64,000 nucleotides of DNA from NCBI GenBank assembly GCA_000004695.1, contig CM000150.2, positions 4,032,001 to 4,096,000 of the forward strand, read 5' to 3'. Made by a program: the position numbers and the translations under genes. Source of the DNA: Dictyostelium discoideum. Taxonomy: Eukaryota. Of the stretch, positions 1-18,148 are shown piece after piece (the stretch's first letter is position 1; each line of letters begins with the position of its first letter). The notes beneath the pieces were generated by a model. The model worked only from the letters and a program-made list of their open reading frames with translations. It did not search any database and had not been told where the DNA came from.

Positions 1-293
1 GATAAAAATTTTAAATTAAAAAAATAAATAATTGAACTGTTTTTTGATAGAAATAATATTATTTTTAAATTAATCAAACAATTGTCCGATCATGATTAAT
101 TTTCAATAAAAAAAAAAAAAAAAAATTTAAAAAAAAAATTTAAAAAAATGAAAAAAAAAAAAAAATTAAAAAAAATGGAAAAAAATATTCGTTAATTTCA
201 TTTATTTTTAAATTTCAACAATAGGAACAAGGAAAAAAAAAATAACAACAACAACAATAATAATTAAATAAACCATATTTATATATTAAAAGA

Positions 294-2133
<1,840 letters not shown>

Positions 2134-2416
2134 AAATAAATTTTAAAAATTAAAATTAAAATTAAAAATAAAAATTAAAAATAAAAATAAAAAAATAATT
2201 AAAATATCAATGATCAAAAATATCTAAAAAATTAAAAATAAAAATAAATTAAAAAAAAAGAAAAATCATCAAAAAAAAAAATAAAAAAATATCTTTGCAA
2301 ATATCTTTGCAAATATCTTTGGGAAAAAAAAAAGAATATTCTTTTTTTTAATCAAAAAAACCATTTTTTTTTTTTTTTTATTTCATCAATTCACATATCA
2401 AAAATAATAAAACACA

Positions 2417-6553
<4,137 letters not shown>

Positions 6554-6648
6554 ATACATATATTTACTTATAAAAAATTTTTTTTTTTTTTTTTATTGGT
6601 TTATTCTGGAAATAATTTAAAAAAGTTTTTAATTATTCCATACAAACT

Positions 6649-6680
<32 letters not shown>

Positions 6681-6719
6681 CTTTAAATTTAAATAGGGAG
6701 AGGTAGTACTCTTTTTTAT

Positions 6720-6922
6720 TGACTCTGAAATGGTGCGATACAGAGCGAATACAACTTTAGATGTAATGAATAAAGGCATGCCGATATTATTATAATAACA
6801 TCTAAAAACCTCGAATAAAAAATAAGATTAAGTTCGAAAGCTATCACTTAGATAGCAGAACGATTTTAAGCGTTCTAGAACAGATACTACACTTGATTAA
6901 AGCTATTACGCTTCAAGAAGAT
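6720..6922 (-). ncRNA. U2 spliceosomal snRNA gene
   Basis: The minus-strand transcript begins 'AUCUUCUUGAAGCGUAAUAGCUUUAAUCAAGUGUAGUAUCUGUUCUAGAACGCUUAAAAUCG...'. This contains the invariant U2 branch-point interaction box 'GUAGUA' in the context 'AUCAAGUGUAGUAUCUGUUCU', identical to human U2 nt 28-48. There is a 5' stem I, a U-rich Sm-like site ('CUUAUUUUUUAUUCGAGG'), and 3' stem-loops ('GGCAUGCC', 'GCUCUG...CAGAGU'). A TATA-like 'TTAAAAAAG' lies about 20-30 nt upstream. The 5' end (6922) is well supported; the 3' end is approximate by about 15 nt. Confidence 0.75.
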
Positions 6923-7292
6923 TTTTGTGACTTTATTGCTTTTTTAAGGCAAAAAAAGTGATTTTAAAAGTTTTTAATTTCTTCATTTTTATATTCAACT
7001 TTTAAAAAATAATAATTTTGGGAAAAAAAAATCATCACTTTAAAAAATTACAACAAATAATGAAATTTCAAAAATAAAAATTTTTTTTTTTTTAATGAGA
7101 ATAAAATCTAAATCGAAAACTTTTTTTTTTATTTAATTACCCTTAAGAAAAAATTAAATGTGAAAATAAATGTTATATTTATTTTAGTATTGTTTTTTTT
7201 TTATTTCTTAATGCACCATTTGGTTTTATCTAATTTTATAAACTAAAAAAAAAAAAAATTTATTTTTGGAATTAGTTAAATTTAAAAAAAAT

Positions 7293-8823
7293 TTAAATTA
7301 AAATATAATTAATACTTACATCTTTGGTATATTCACCCAAAACTTTTGTAAATTCCTCAATGGAATTGATGTTTTGTAGATCACCATGTTTATTTTCAGT
7401 TAAGAGAATACAATAGATAAGATGATCTTGGCAATCTGGATGATATTTAATGATTTTTGAGTCTGTATCACTTGGAAAAGCTTTACATATTTTTTTATTA
7501 ATTTCATTATAATCTTTATCATCATGACCTTCTTCGCTATCACTTTGATCGCCTTCGATTTTATTTGGGAATTTAAATGGTTCTAAATCATCTTTAATTT
7601 TAACTTCTTTCAATTGAATGATGTTTTCATTTTTAATAAATTTCAATTTTTTATAAAGTTCTTTTACTAAATCAATATTTTTTAAATCGATATATATCTT
7701 ATCTGGGAAAGGTGCGAGTATTGATGTTGGTTCGATAACGGTATTTTGTGTTATAGCAGTTATCGTTTCTTTCCCATCTTTATTTTTTGATGAGGTAACT
7801 GTTAATGTTGATTCAACATAGATATCTTTAAACAATTGGTAAGATTTGGATTTTTCAAAGCTACAAGTGACATCATTATCATCACATAAAATAATTTCCC
7901 CATTGATTGATGGAAACACATTGAAATCGAATAACTCTGATTTGTATTTATTTGTTGTAGTTTGATCCTTAAGTTGGGTTAATAGTGGAATATAAACATT
8001 GTCATAACCATAATTATATTCATTTGAAAATAATTTATCTTCATCTTTTTCATTATTGTAAACGATAATAAATGGATTCAAATGATAGTATTTTTCATCA
8101 TCTCCATAACCTTTAACCTTGGTTTCAAAGTCTAGCTTTCTGTTACCTAAAATTTCTTTGAGATTATTTGGATATTTAGTTATTAATCCGTTTAAATTCA
8201 ACTTTTGACCTGCAATGCTATTTAATCTTAATGATTCTTTTTTAAGATATTGATTATTCTCTGGGTGTCTAATTATACCAACTCTTCTGTAAAAGTATTC
8301 AGAAAGATATTTCATTTTATCACTACAAAAAGCACCACCTCCACGTGCCTCTTGCTTTCCATGCCAATTTAAATCACCAAAGCAAATAGTCCCACCACCG
8401 CCACCGCTATCTACTTTATCTATATTATTGAATTGATAAGAAATTTTAGAATGGTCACTTCCTGAATCAGCACTAATAACTTTTGACCAAGGTTTCGAAT
8501 CTGTAAGAAAGATAAATTGATTCAACTGCTTGAGAAATTGCATTTTCACCTTTTGTAATCTTTGTTTGAGTATGGACCATTGTTTCAAAATTATTACCAT
8601 TTTAAAATTATCTATATAATGCCAAATTATAAAAAATTTAATTTTTTCCTTGTGGGTTTCTTCAATTTTTTCATTATACTCTTTATAAAGGTTTTTATTT
8701 GTTGTTTGAATGAAGTATCTCCCTTTATCACTTTCATAAATTTTATTATAGTGAACATTTGATTCAAGAGGATTTAGAGTCGGGTTTGATGATGTAATTT
8801 CTTGGTTTAGAATTAATTCTGCC
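7293..8823 (-). CDS. Hypothetical protein with a Gly-rich motif '...DSGGGGGTICFGDLNWHGKQEARGGGAFCSDK...'. The 5' end is unresolved.
   Basis: The ORF track lists 7293..8600 starting at ATG 8600. The same frame stays open and coding-like for a further 74 codons upstream ('AELILNQEITSSNPTLNPLESNVHYNKIYESDKGRYFIQTTNKNLYKEYNEKIEETHKEKIKFFIIWHYIDNFK') with no Met. It is bounded by 'aatag' at 8824-8828, a plausible 3' splice acceptor. This implies an unidentified upstream exon, or the ATG at 8600 is the true start. Confidence 0.5.
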
Positions 8824-8987
8824 TATTTTTTAAGAATATTGAATTGTCCAATTATTTTTTTTTTATTTTTTTTTTTTTTTCATTTCTATTATTTTTATTA
8901 TTTTATTATTATTTCTTTTATTATTTTTTTTTGTAATTAATCGAAACAAAGAGAACTGAGACTTAAACTCTTGTAAAAAATGTTAAG

Positions 8988-9032
<45 letters not shown>

Positions 9033-9314
9033 CATACAAAATAAAAATACTATGGATATTCAGTCCACCAAATGATTGCGATCAAAAATTAAAAATAAAA
9101 AAAAAATAAAAAAAATAACTGAAATTATTTTTTTTAATTTTCCCAGTGGTTTTGATCATCAATTTTTTCATTTTTTAAATTAATTTTTATTTTTATTTTT
9201 ATTTTTAATTTTTTTTATTTTTTTTTTAATTAATTAAAAAAGTCTCCCACATTTTTTTTTTTTTTATTTCATTTTCTTTCACAGCAGTTAATAAGTTAAA
9301 TTAAAAAAAAAAAA

Positions 9315-10649
9315 ATGAGTGGATTTATTAAAGATTTATCTCAACCTCAAAGTGAAGCTTTAAATCAATTTAAAGAATATTTAAATAAAAAAGAAACAAT
9401 TGTGCAAATTAAATCAGATATTAAAAATAAATTACCAACAACTACAACAACTACAACAACTACTAATACAGAAACAGAAGAATCATCATCATCATCATCA
9501 CCATCATCAAAAGAAGAAGAAAAACACTTAAAAATTTGGAATATTAATTTAGAAAATGATTCAAAAGAGCGTGATATTATTTTATTAAAATTTTTACGTG
9601 CTAGAGAATTTAAAATTGAAAATTCAAAACAAATGTTAATTGATTGTTTAATTTGGAGAAAACAAAATCAAGTAGATGATTATGAAAAGATAGTTAATGA
9701 AGCATTTCCAGACTATTATAAAAACATTGGTACCATTTTCAAGACTGATAAAGAGGGTAGACCAGTAATGATCAATCATTACCATGCAATTAATCCAGAT
9801 GTTATTTTCAAAGATGGTGTGGACCAATTTGTTCGTTGGAAAGTCCAACAAATGGAAATCGCCATTAGGGATACACTCATCCCATCGCAATGGGAAATTG
9901 AAGATTTAATAGTCATTCACGACTATAAAGATTGCTCATTCTTTAGAATGGATCCACGTATAAAACAAGCATCTAATCAAACCATTCAAACCCTTCAAAA
10001 TAACTACCCAGAATTTTTAGCTCGTAAATTCTTTATTAACATCCCATGGTTAATGGAGAAGTTGTTCTCAATTTTCACAGTATTCACATCAGAGCGTACA
10101 AAAAGCAAATTCATAATTTGTTCTGGAAATTATCGGGAAAAACTTTTAAAATATATTGAAGCAGATTCAATCGCTCCAAAATTATCTGGTTTCGAAGATA
10201 ACCAATCACCAATTTTAAATATTAAAATCAAACCTCAAAAATCACATTCAATTCAATTAGGTAAACTTGATGCTGATAAAACTATTGAATGGGAATTTTG
10301 TACAAATGAGATTGATTCTGAAATTGGTGCTAAAATTTTAATTGAACCAAATAACCAACCAACAACTTCTAATGATATTTTATATTTTAATAATAATAGT
10401 AATAATAATAATAATAATAATAATTCACCAACACCAAGTAATAGTAATTATCCATTCAATTGTTTTCTTTCAATTGAACCAAGAGAATTTAATAGTGGTT
10501 CAATTCAAATTGAAGATGATTCTTATTATACTTTAGTTTTTAATAATCATTTAAATAAACAATGTGATTTATTTTATCGTATAACTATAAAATCAAAAAC
10601 AACTCATTCTTCAACTACAACTTCAACAATCGAAACTTTAGGAAATTAA
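9315..10649 (+). CDS. Sec14-like (CRAL-TRIO) phosphatidylinositol-transfer-family protein with a C-terminal GOLD-like domain
   Basis: A CRAL-TRIO N-terminal motif 'ILLKFLRAREFKIENSKQMLIDCLIWRK' is present. The lipid-binding core is 'GRPVMINHYHAINPDV..LIVIHDYKDCSFFRMDP..YPEFLARKFFINIPWLMEKLF'. The C-terminal beta-rich region 'TIEWEFCTNEIDSEIGAKILIEP...YTLVFNNHLNKQCDLFYRI' is GOLD-like. It is a single exon with an AAAATG start. Confidence 0.8.
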   Translation: MSGFIKDLSQPQSEALNQFKEYLNKKETIVQIKSDIKNKLPTTTTTTTTTNTETEESSSSSSPSSKEEEKHLKIWNINLENDSKERDIILLKFLRAREFKIENSKQMLIDCLIWRKQNQVDDYEKIVNEAFPDYYKNIGTIFKTDKEGRPVMINHYHAINPDVIFKDGVDQFVRWKVQQMEIAIRDTLIPSQWEIEDLIVIHDYKDCSFFRMDPRIKQASNQTIQTLQNNYPEFLARKFFINIPWLMEKLFSIFTVFTSERTKSKFIICSGNYREKLLKYIEADSIAPKLSGFEDNQSPILNIKIKPQKSHSIQLGKLDADKTIEWEFCTNEIDSEIGAKILIEPNNQPTTSNDILYFNNNSNNNNNNNNSPTPSNSNYPFNCFLSIEPREFNSGSIQIEDDSYYTLVFNNHLNKQCDLFYRITIKSKTTHSSTTTSTIETLGN

Positions 10650-10886
10650 AATTAAAAATAAAAAAAATAAAAAAAAAAGATAATAATAAAGATTTTTTTA
10701 ATAAACACTAATTCTTTTAGATTTCTTTTATTCTTTATCCTTTTTTTTAATATTAATACAACTTTTTTTATTTTTTTTTTCTTTTTTTAATAAATTATTT
10801 AATTTTTTTGGTTAAAAAAAACTATTTTTGTTTTGTTTTGTTTTGTTTTAAATGAATCTCTATAGCTATAAAATATACATTATCTT

Positions 10887-13665
10887 CTAAAAATTAATAA
10901 ATTGGTCCAACTTTTTCATTAAATCTTCACTTGATATGTTAGATGCTGTTGGTGGTGATGATGTAACTGGTGTTGTTTTGTCTGTTGTTATTGTTGTGGT
11001 TGTCGCTGTTGTTGTTGGTGTTGTTATTGTTGTTGGTGTTGTTGTTGTTGCTATTCTTATTGATGGTGTTGTTTCTTGTGTAAATTGGTCCAATTTTTTC
11101 ATTAGTTCATCTGTTGATTTAGTTGATGCTAATGGTGGTGATGATGTAAGTGGTGTTGTTCTGTCTGGACTACTTGTTTTTATTGTTGATGTCGATACTG
11201 CTGGTATTGTTGCTGTTGTTGGTGATGTTGTTGTTGTTGGTGTTGTTGTTGGTGTTGTTGTTGTTGGTGTTGCTGCTGCTGGTTTTATTATAACTGGTGA
11301 TATTATTGTTTTCTCTGGACCTGCTGTTGTGGTTGTTGTTGTTGTTATTCCTGTTGCTGTTGTGGTTGTTGTTGTTGTTCCTGCTGCTATTGATGATGAT
11401 AATGTAATAGTTGGTTCAGCAGATGGTTTTGGTGCAGGTTTAATTCTAACCCAACCAAGTGTTTGAGTTCTTGGTCCTCTAGGTTTTGATGCAGTTGTTG
11501 GTGAACCTGTTGGCGTTGTTGTTGAATTTGATGATGATGAATTAGACTCATTACCACTACCACTATTATGATCATCGTTCAAAGGTGGTAAAGTTTCAAT
11601 AGTTGTAACGACTGATTGTGAAGGTAAAGTTGAACTTTCAATATTTGGACTATTATTTGAATAATTAACAACTATATTACTATTACTTCCACTACCTATG
11701 CTAATATTACTTGTATTTGTATTACTATTATTATTATCATCATTTGATAATTGATCCAAATCATTTAATTCTTCAATATCTTCAGAATCATTAATTGCAT
11801 CAGACATTGAAATTGGTAAATTAAGGAATTCATTTGTATTTAAAGGTGGTGGTATTTGTTTAATTAAAGTTTCAACGAATAATCTTTCATTGGGTACATT
11901 GTTTAACATTACATTTGCATCGGTTGAAGTACAACGTAAGATACAAGGTGCGAAAACCATAGCTAAATTACTAGTGCCCATTTTACTATGAGCAACAAAT
12001 TCGAATTTTGTGAAAATCTGTAAGAAATTAATTAGATAACATAATACACGTTGATTTATGATTGGTATGGTTTTAACGATTGCAATTGCATTGGTTGGTG
12101 TATCAATGCATTGTTGATAGAGTGAATCTGGTATTAAGGCAGTTGGTATATCACGTAACCACTGTTTTAATAATGCTGCTGGTGTTCTAACATCATCGAT
12201 ATTGGATAGATTGAAATCAGCCTTATCAATTCTAAGACGAGTTTCTTTAATGGTTGAAATGATACCAGGTACACGAAATATACCCTCGGTTACATGACCT
12301 TTCATTTGTGCGATTCTAGTTGACAACACTTGTAAAACGTATGGTACTTCCAATGTTGGATGATTATCCTTTTGTCTATTCATTAATTCATCCAATGATA
12401 CCTTAAATGATGCAGTTGGTAAAATTGGTTCATCCTTTTTAGTACCACCAATACCACCATTTAAATATGGATTTAAATTACCACTACTTGTATTATTTGC
12501 TGTTGCTGTATTATTATTACTACTTCTTGAAAATTGTGATAAAATTTTATTATTCCAAGTTAATGATATTGTTTTCTTTGTTAATTTACCTTCAATATAA
12601 GGTTCATATTGAAATGGTTGGGCCAATTGTTTTTTCATTAAATTCTTTCTAATAAATTCTTGAACATCATTAGTGATATCGATCATTTCAACTGATTTCT
12701 TTACAAATTCATAATTTTGTTGATAGGCTGAAGGCAACTCTATCAATACCGATACTAAATTTGTGAAATAACTTTTAGAGAAATGACTATGTGATATGAC
12801 GAAATGCTCGAAATCGTTGAGTATCTTTGGTAATTTCTCAGTGTTGTAGAGATGTTGGAAATCATTTGTCGCTTTAATTTGTTCACGATATTCTTCATCG
12901 CAATTTGAGAAATCCTGTTCACAACGTTGAATACGTCTTTCAATCTTTGAAATGTTATTTAAATCTGAATCAGAGGGTTGCTGTTGTTGTTGGTGGTCCA
13001 ATTGCTCACGATATTCTCTGAGTTCCATTCTACTTGATTCTAAATCCTTACCTGCTTTATCATATTTAAATTGTGATTTCTTCAATTCGTCAACCATCTC
13101 TTTCATATCCTGTTTAAGTTTTATACCCTCTTGTAGGATCTTCTTTCTTTTAGTCTCCATATCTTTAATCATCGCTTGAAGTGGTTGAATCACTTTATTC
13201 AATATAGAGGTATTCAATAGAGTATGTTGCTCAGATTCCATCATTGATGAATTTATTATCTTTTTCCAACTTGAATTATAACTTATAGCATTGATTGATG
13301 TACTTTCATCAATTGTCATCATGGTTTTTAATGATAATTTCTCTAATTTCTTTGAATGTTGTTCTTCTAATTCTGCTTTCTTTTTAAAAAAGTTTAATAT
13401 ATTTTTTGATTGTATTAAATCATTATCAGTTCTTTTAACTAATAAATCAAATCCATCCTATTAAATATATATTATAAATTGATTAATAAATTAATATTAT
13501 TATTTTTTTAATTTTTTTTTATTTATTATAATAAGTATGTGTGAGTGTGTGTGTTAATACACATATTATATATTATATATTTTCATATAATAAAATAGTT
13601 ACCCATAAATTATCTGTGAATTTAAATTTGGTTGTAGCTGGACTTGAATTCGCAGATGATGACAT
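10887..13665 (-). CDS. F-BAR (FCH) domain RhoGAP. Exon model is join(13603..13665,10887..13457).
   Basis: The RhoGAP domain has the arginine finger 'EGIFRVPGIISTIKETRLRIDK...LLKQWLRDIPTALIP'. The listed ORF starts at M 13322, but the frame is open upstream to an 'aatag' acceptor at 13458-13462. A first exon at 13603..13665 reads ATG..'MSSSANSSPATTKFKFTDNLW' and has a GTAACT donor. Spliced in phase 0 it yields 'FTDNLW|DGFDLLVKRTDNDLIQSKNILNFFKKKAELEEQHSKKLEKLS', a canonical FCH/F-BAR N-terminus. The intron is 145 nt. The Thr/Pro-rich C-terminus contains a duplicated 'S(T/S)(D/E)(E/D)LMKKLDQF' motif. Confidence 0.75.
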
Positions 13666-13932
13666 GTTTGTATTTTTTTTTTTACCTTTCGATCTTTATT
13701 GGTTTTTTTTTTTTTTTTTTTGTTTTGTTTTGTTTTTTTTTTTTTTTTTGTTTTTTTTTTGTTTTTTTTTTGTTTTTTTTTTTTTTTATAATAATTATTT
13801 GTTGTTGGACCCAAAAAAATTTAAAAAAAAAAATTAAAAATTATAAAGAAATTTAGATAATTATATCTTTTTTTTTTTTTGGCTATTTGTTTTTTTTTTT
13901 TTGTTTGTTAAATTTATGAAAAGATAATATGC

Positions 13933-13963
<31 letters not shown>

Positions 13964-14127
13964 AAAAAAAAGAAAAAGGAAAATAAAATAAAAAAAAAAA
14001 TAAAAAATAAAAAAAAATAAAATAAAATAAAAAATAAATTAAAAAAAAAAAGTAAAATATCCTTATTTAGATTCGGTGGATCAATTTTTTTTTATTTAAT
14101 TTTTGGTATAACTCTTCCTTTTTCCCT

Positions 14128-14173
<46 letters not shown>

Positions 14174-14766
14174 TTAATTTTTATTTGAACTTCAAATTTC
14201 TTTTTCAAAAAAAAAAAAAAAATAAAAATAAAAAAAAGAAATTAAAAATCAAATTGTGACTTTTGGTTTAGGAAATTAAAAAAAAAAAAAAAAAAAAAAA
14301 TCAAATCAAATCAAAAAAAAAAAAATCTTTTTCATAGTGGGAAAAACGTAAATATCTAAAAAAAAGTTTTTAGGGGGCAAACACAATCCCAAATAAAGAA
14401 GACAAATACAATAGGAGAACCGACCTAACTTTTATAATAACAGAAAAAAAAAAAAAAAAAAAAAAAATGAAAAAAAAAAAAAAAAATTGAAATTAAATTG
14501 ATATTCGAAAATTTAAAAAATTGCAAAATTGATTGTAAAGCTGGTAAAAAATGAATTAATTTTTTGAAAAAAAAAAAAAAAATTTGTTCATTGTTAAAGC
14601 TTGAAAAAAAAAAAATATCTAACAAAAAAAAAGTAAAACAAAATATTTAATTCTCCTCAATAAGGACATTTGAGGAAAAACCGCACTGAAAGGTATCAAC
14701 ATGTTGTTTCTCCATCAAGCTTTTTATTTTTTTTTTTTGATTTTTTTATTTTAATTTTTTTTAATT

Positions 14767-14800
<34 letters not shown>

Positions 14801-15218
14801 TTATCATTTTTGTTTTGTTTTTTTTTTTTTTTCAATTATTTTATTTTTTATTTTATTTTTATTTTTATTTTTTTTTTTTTTTTTTGATGGGAATTATCAA
14901 TCAATTGATAATTCAAAAAAAAAAAACAAAAATAAAATAAAAAAATTTTAAATTAAATTTTTTTTAAAAAAAAAAAAAGTAATATATAAACCAATCACCA
15001 CCACACACTCACAAACACAAATAAAATCTATTTATATCAAATGATAAACTTAAAAATAAGAAAAAAAAAAATATTTATAAAAATAAAATAAAAAAAAAAA
15101 AAATATTTATAAAATAAAAAAAAAAAAAAATAAAAAAAAAAAATTAATTTTATTTCAAAAGTCTCTCAATTCAAATAAATTTTCAATAAAAAAAAAAAAA
15201 AAAAAAAAAATAAAAATA

Positions 15219-15249
<31 letters not shown>

Positions 15250-15423
15250 AAAATTATATAGTAAACGATCACTTACTAATTTTATATATGCCAAATAAAA
15301 TATATAATTTTTTGGTAGAAATTTATAAATATATATAGAGAAGTTGTGGGTTATTTTATTTTTATTTATTTATTATTTTTTTTTTTTTTAATTTCCAAAA
15401 TAAAAAAATAAAATAATTCAAAA

Positions 15424-15487
15424 ATGGATCATACTGAGTGTAACAATCGCATAGAATATTTACAGGTAAATATAATAATTTTATATT

Positions 15488-15520
<33 letters not shown>

Positions 15521-16802
15521 TTTACTACATATAAAATTTATAATTATTTTTTATTTTTTTTATTATTTTATTTTATTTTATTTTTTTTTTTTTTTCATTT
15601 AAAGGGTTAAAAATAGCAATATATTTATATTTACTAACTTACCACTACTACTCTCTATTTTTTATTTTTTTATTTAATTTTTTATTTTTTATTTTTTTTT
15701 TCACTCTCTACATTCGAACTGCCCACAATTTTTTTATATAAAAAATTTAATTTGTTTATATTTTTTGTATTTTATATCTTTTTTTTTTTTTTAAATTATT
15801 ATTATTTTTTTTTTTTTTTTTTTAATTATTATTATTTATTTTAATTATTTATTTTTTTAATTATTTATTTTTAATTATTATTATTATTATTATTATTATT
15901 TTTTTTTTTTTAACTTATTACAATTTTTTCAAAAAATAAAAATAAAAAAAAATAAAAATAAAATAACATAAACCACACACAATAATAATATTATTATTTT
16001 TTATATTCAATAAACACAATACAATAATAATAATAACAACAAAATACAACACAATAATAATTATTTTTTCTTTCAACTAAATACTATTTTATTTTATTTT
16101 TTATAATTTTTAATTTTTATTTAATTATTTAAAAAATAATTATTCCAATCAATTCTTATTATTATTTTATTTTTCCAACTAAAAAAAAAAAAAAAAAAAA
16201 AAAAAAACCAATAATTTATTTATTTTAAATTTAAATTTATTATTATTATTATTATTATTTTTTTTTTTTATTTTTTTTTATTATTTTTTTTTGATTCGTA
16301 ATAAACTAAATAAAGAATAAAGTATTAGAATTAGAATCATTGAATGAGAATTTGAAGGGTCAGTTGGAATATTTTCAAACTAAATTTTTAGAATCAAATT
16401 TAAATAGCGAAGGAAAGGATATTTCATCATGTTTAACAGAAATTTATAATAGTTTAAGTTTGGATAATAATAATAACAATAGTAATAGTAATAGTAATAG
16501 TAATAATAATAGTAGCAATAGTAATAATAATTCATATTCAAATTTTAATTCTAATAATAATACAACAAACAATACAAAAGTTATTAAAAATAGAAATTTT
16601 AAAATAAATTTAACAAATAGTAATAGTACAAATTCAAGTCCTTATATTTTTGGAAATAATAAAGATAATAGTAATAATAGTAATAATAGTAATAATAATA
16701 ATAGCAACACTGAGTTAAGTAATGACCATTTATCTTTAGAAGATAATATAGCAACAACAAATACAACAACAACTACAACTATAAATACATCTAATAGTAA
16801 TA

Positions 16803-16876
<74 letters not shown>

Positions 16877-17324
16877 CCAACATCAAACCGTCCACCAGTA
16901 GCACCTAGATCATTTATTAGATCAAATTCCGATACATTTATAACACCACCAGGTTCACCAACATCAAGTCGAAATAGTCCAACCAATAAATCATCACCTC
17001 AATTTTTATCACCACTTTCTAAATCACCATTATCACAATCAACTCAATCCACAACAGTATCATCTCCTTCGCCATCTTGGACAACAACAGTACCACAATC
17101 AAAAATGAGATCTGAAACAATTGTACAATCAAAATCACCCTATAGTCCAGATACAAATATATCAAATAAATTAATAAATGAATTAGCGTCAAATATTGGT
17201 GCTCCAAATAGTAATGGCTCTGAAAGTCCTTCTAAAAATTCACCAAGATCATTAAATAGTAATAATAATAATAGTAGTGCAACAACATCAATAACAACAC
17301 CACCAACAACATCAACACCAACAC

Positions 17325-17356
<32 letters not shown>

Positions 17357-18103
17357 GAAAGAAGACCAGAAGATAGAAGAAGTAAAACATCACCATTTCC
17401 AAATGTTGGTACAACAACACCACCATTATCAAATAGTGCACATTTAGTTAGAACGCAATCTGCAAGTGGTGCAAATGCAGTTAAACCTCAATCACAATTA
17501 AGTACAAGTTGTACAGTCAATATGATAGGTGGTGGTGGTACACCACGTAGTAACAATAGTAGTAATGGTAGTTTATATCATTCAATGAGTAGTAATGGAT
17601 TAATTGAAAATTTATCAACATCATCATCATTATCATTATCATCAACATCACCATCACCAAATAATAGTCAACAAAATTTAACGAATCCATTTGAAATTGG
17701 TGCAGATGATGAATTGGAAGTATTGGATGATCCAAGATTGGTGATGGTAAAAACTGAAAATGGGTTCATAGTTAAAGGTGGCACAATTGAAAAATTAGTA
17801 AATCGTTTAATTGCAAAACATGACCCAGATTTCACATCAGCTTTCCTTTTAACCCACAAATCATTCACAACTTCAATTGAATTGTTAGACCTTCTAATTG
17901 AGTTTTATGTAAATAATAAAGATTCCTCATCAATAAATTCGAATTCATCTTCCTCCTCATCATCAGCAGTAGCATCATCATCATTTTCAAATATAAATTG
18001 TAATATAAGTGATTTAAGTAGTAGTACAAGTTCAACAAATTCATTATTAATAAATAGTATAACAAATAGTCCAATTATAAATAGTAACAATCAAAATAAT
18101 CAA

Positions 18104-18148
<45 letters not shown>

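Noticed and set aside
7010-7030. 'TCCCAAAA' about 100 nt upstream of the U2 snRNA start as a DUSE promoter element
   Set aside because: It does not match the (A/T)CCCA(C/T)AA consensus well and is further upstream than the usual position (about -60). Only the TATA-like element at -20/-30 is listed as supporting context.
8562-8762. Plus-strand 66-aa ORF
   Set aside because: It lies antisense within the coding-like 5' extension of the 7293..8823 minus-strand gene.
13541-13856. ORFs in poly(T)/poly(A) tracts (13541..13837+, 13599..13814-, 13644..13856+). Others are at 14425..14625-, 29760..29990-, 38144..38362-, 39335..39556+, 50055..50249+, 57814..58099- and 61817..62026-.
   Set aside because: These are low-complexity Phe/Lys-only translations of intergenic homopolymer runs with no coding signal.
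15690-15730. 'ttcgaa'-containing stretch ('ctacattcgaactgcccaca') checked as a possible tRNA T-loop
   Set aside because: There is no GGTTCGAATCC-like T-loop, no acceptor stem complementarity and no A/B box spacing. No tRNA could be supported anywhere in the window.
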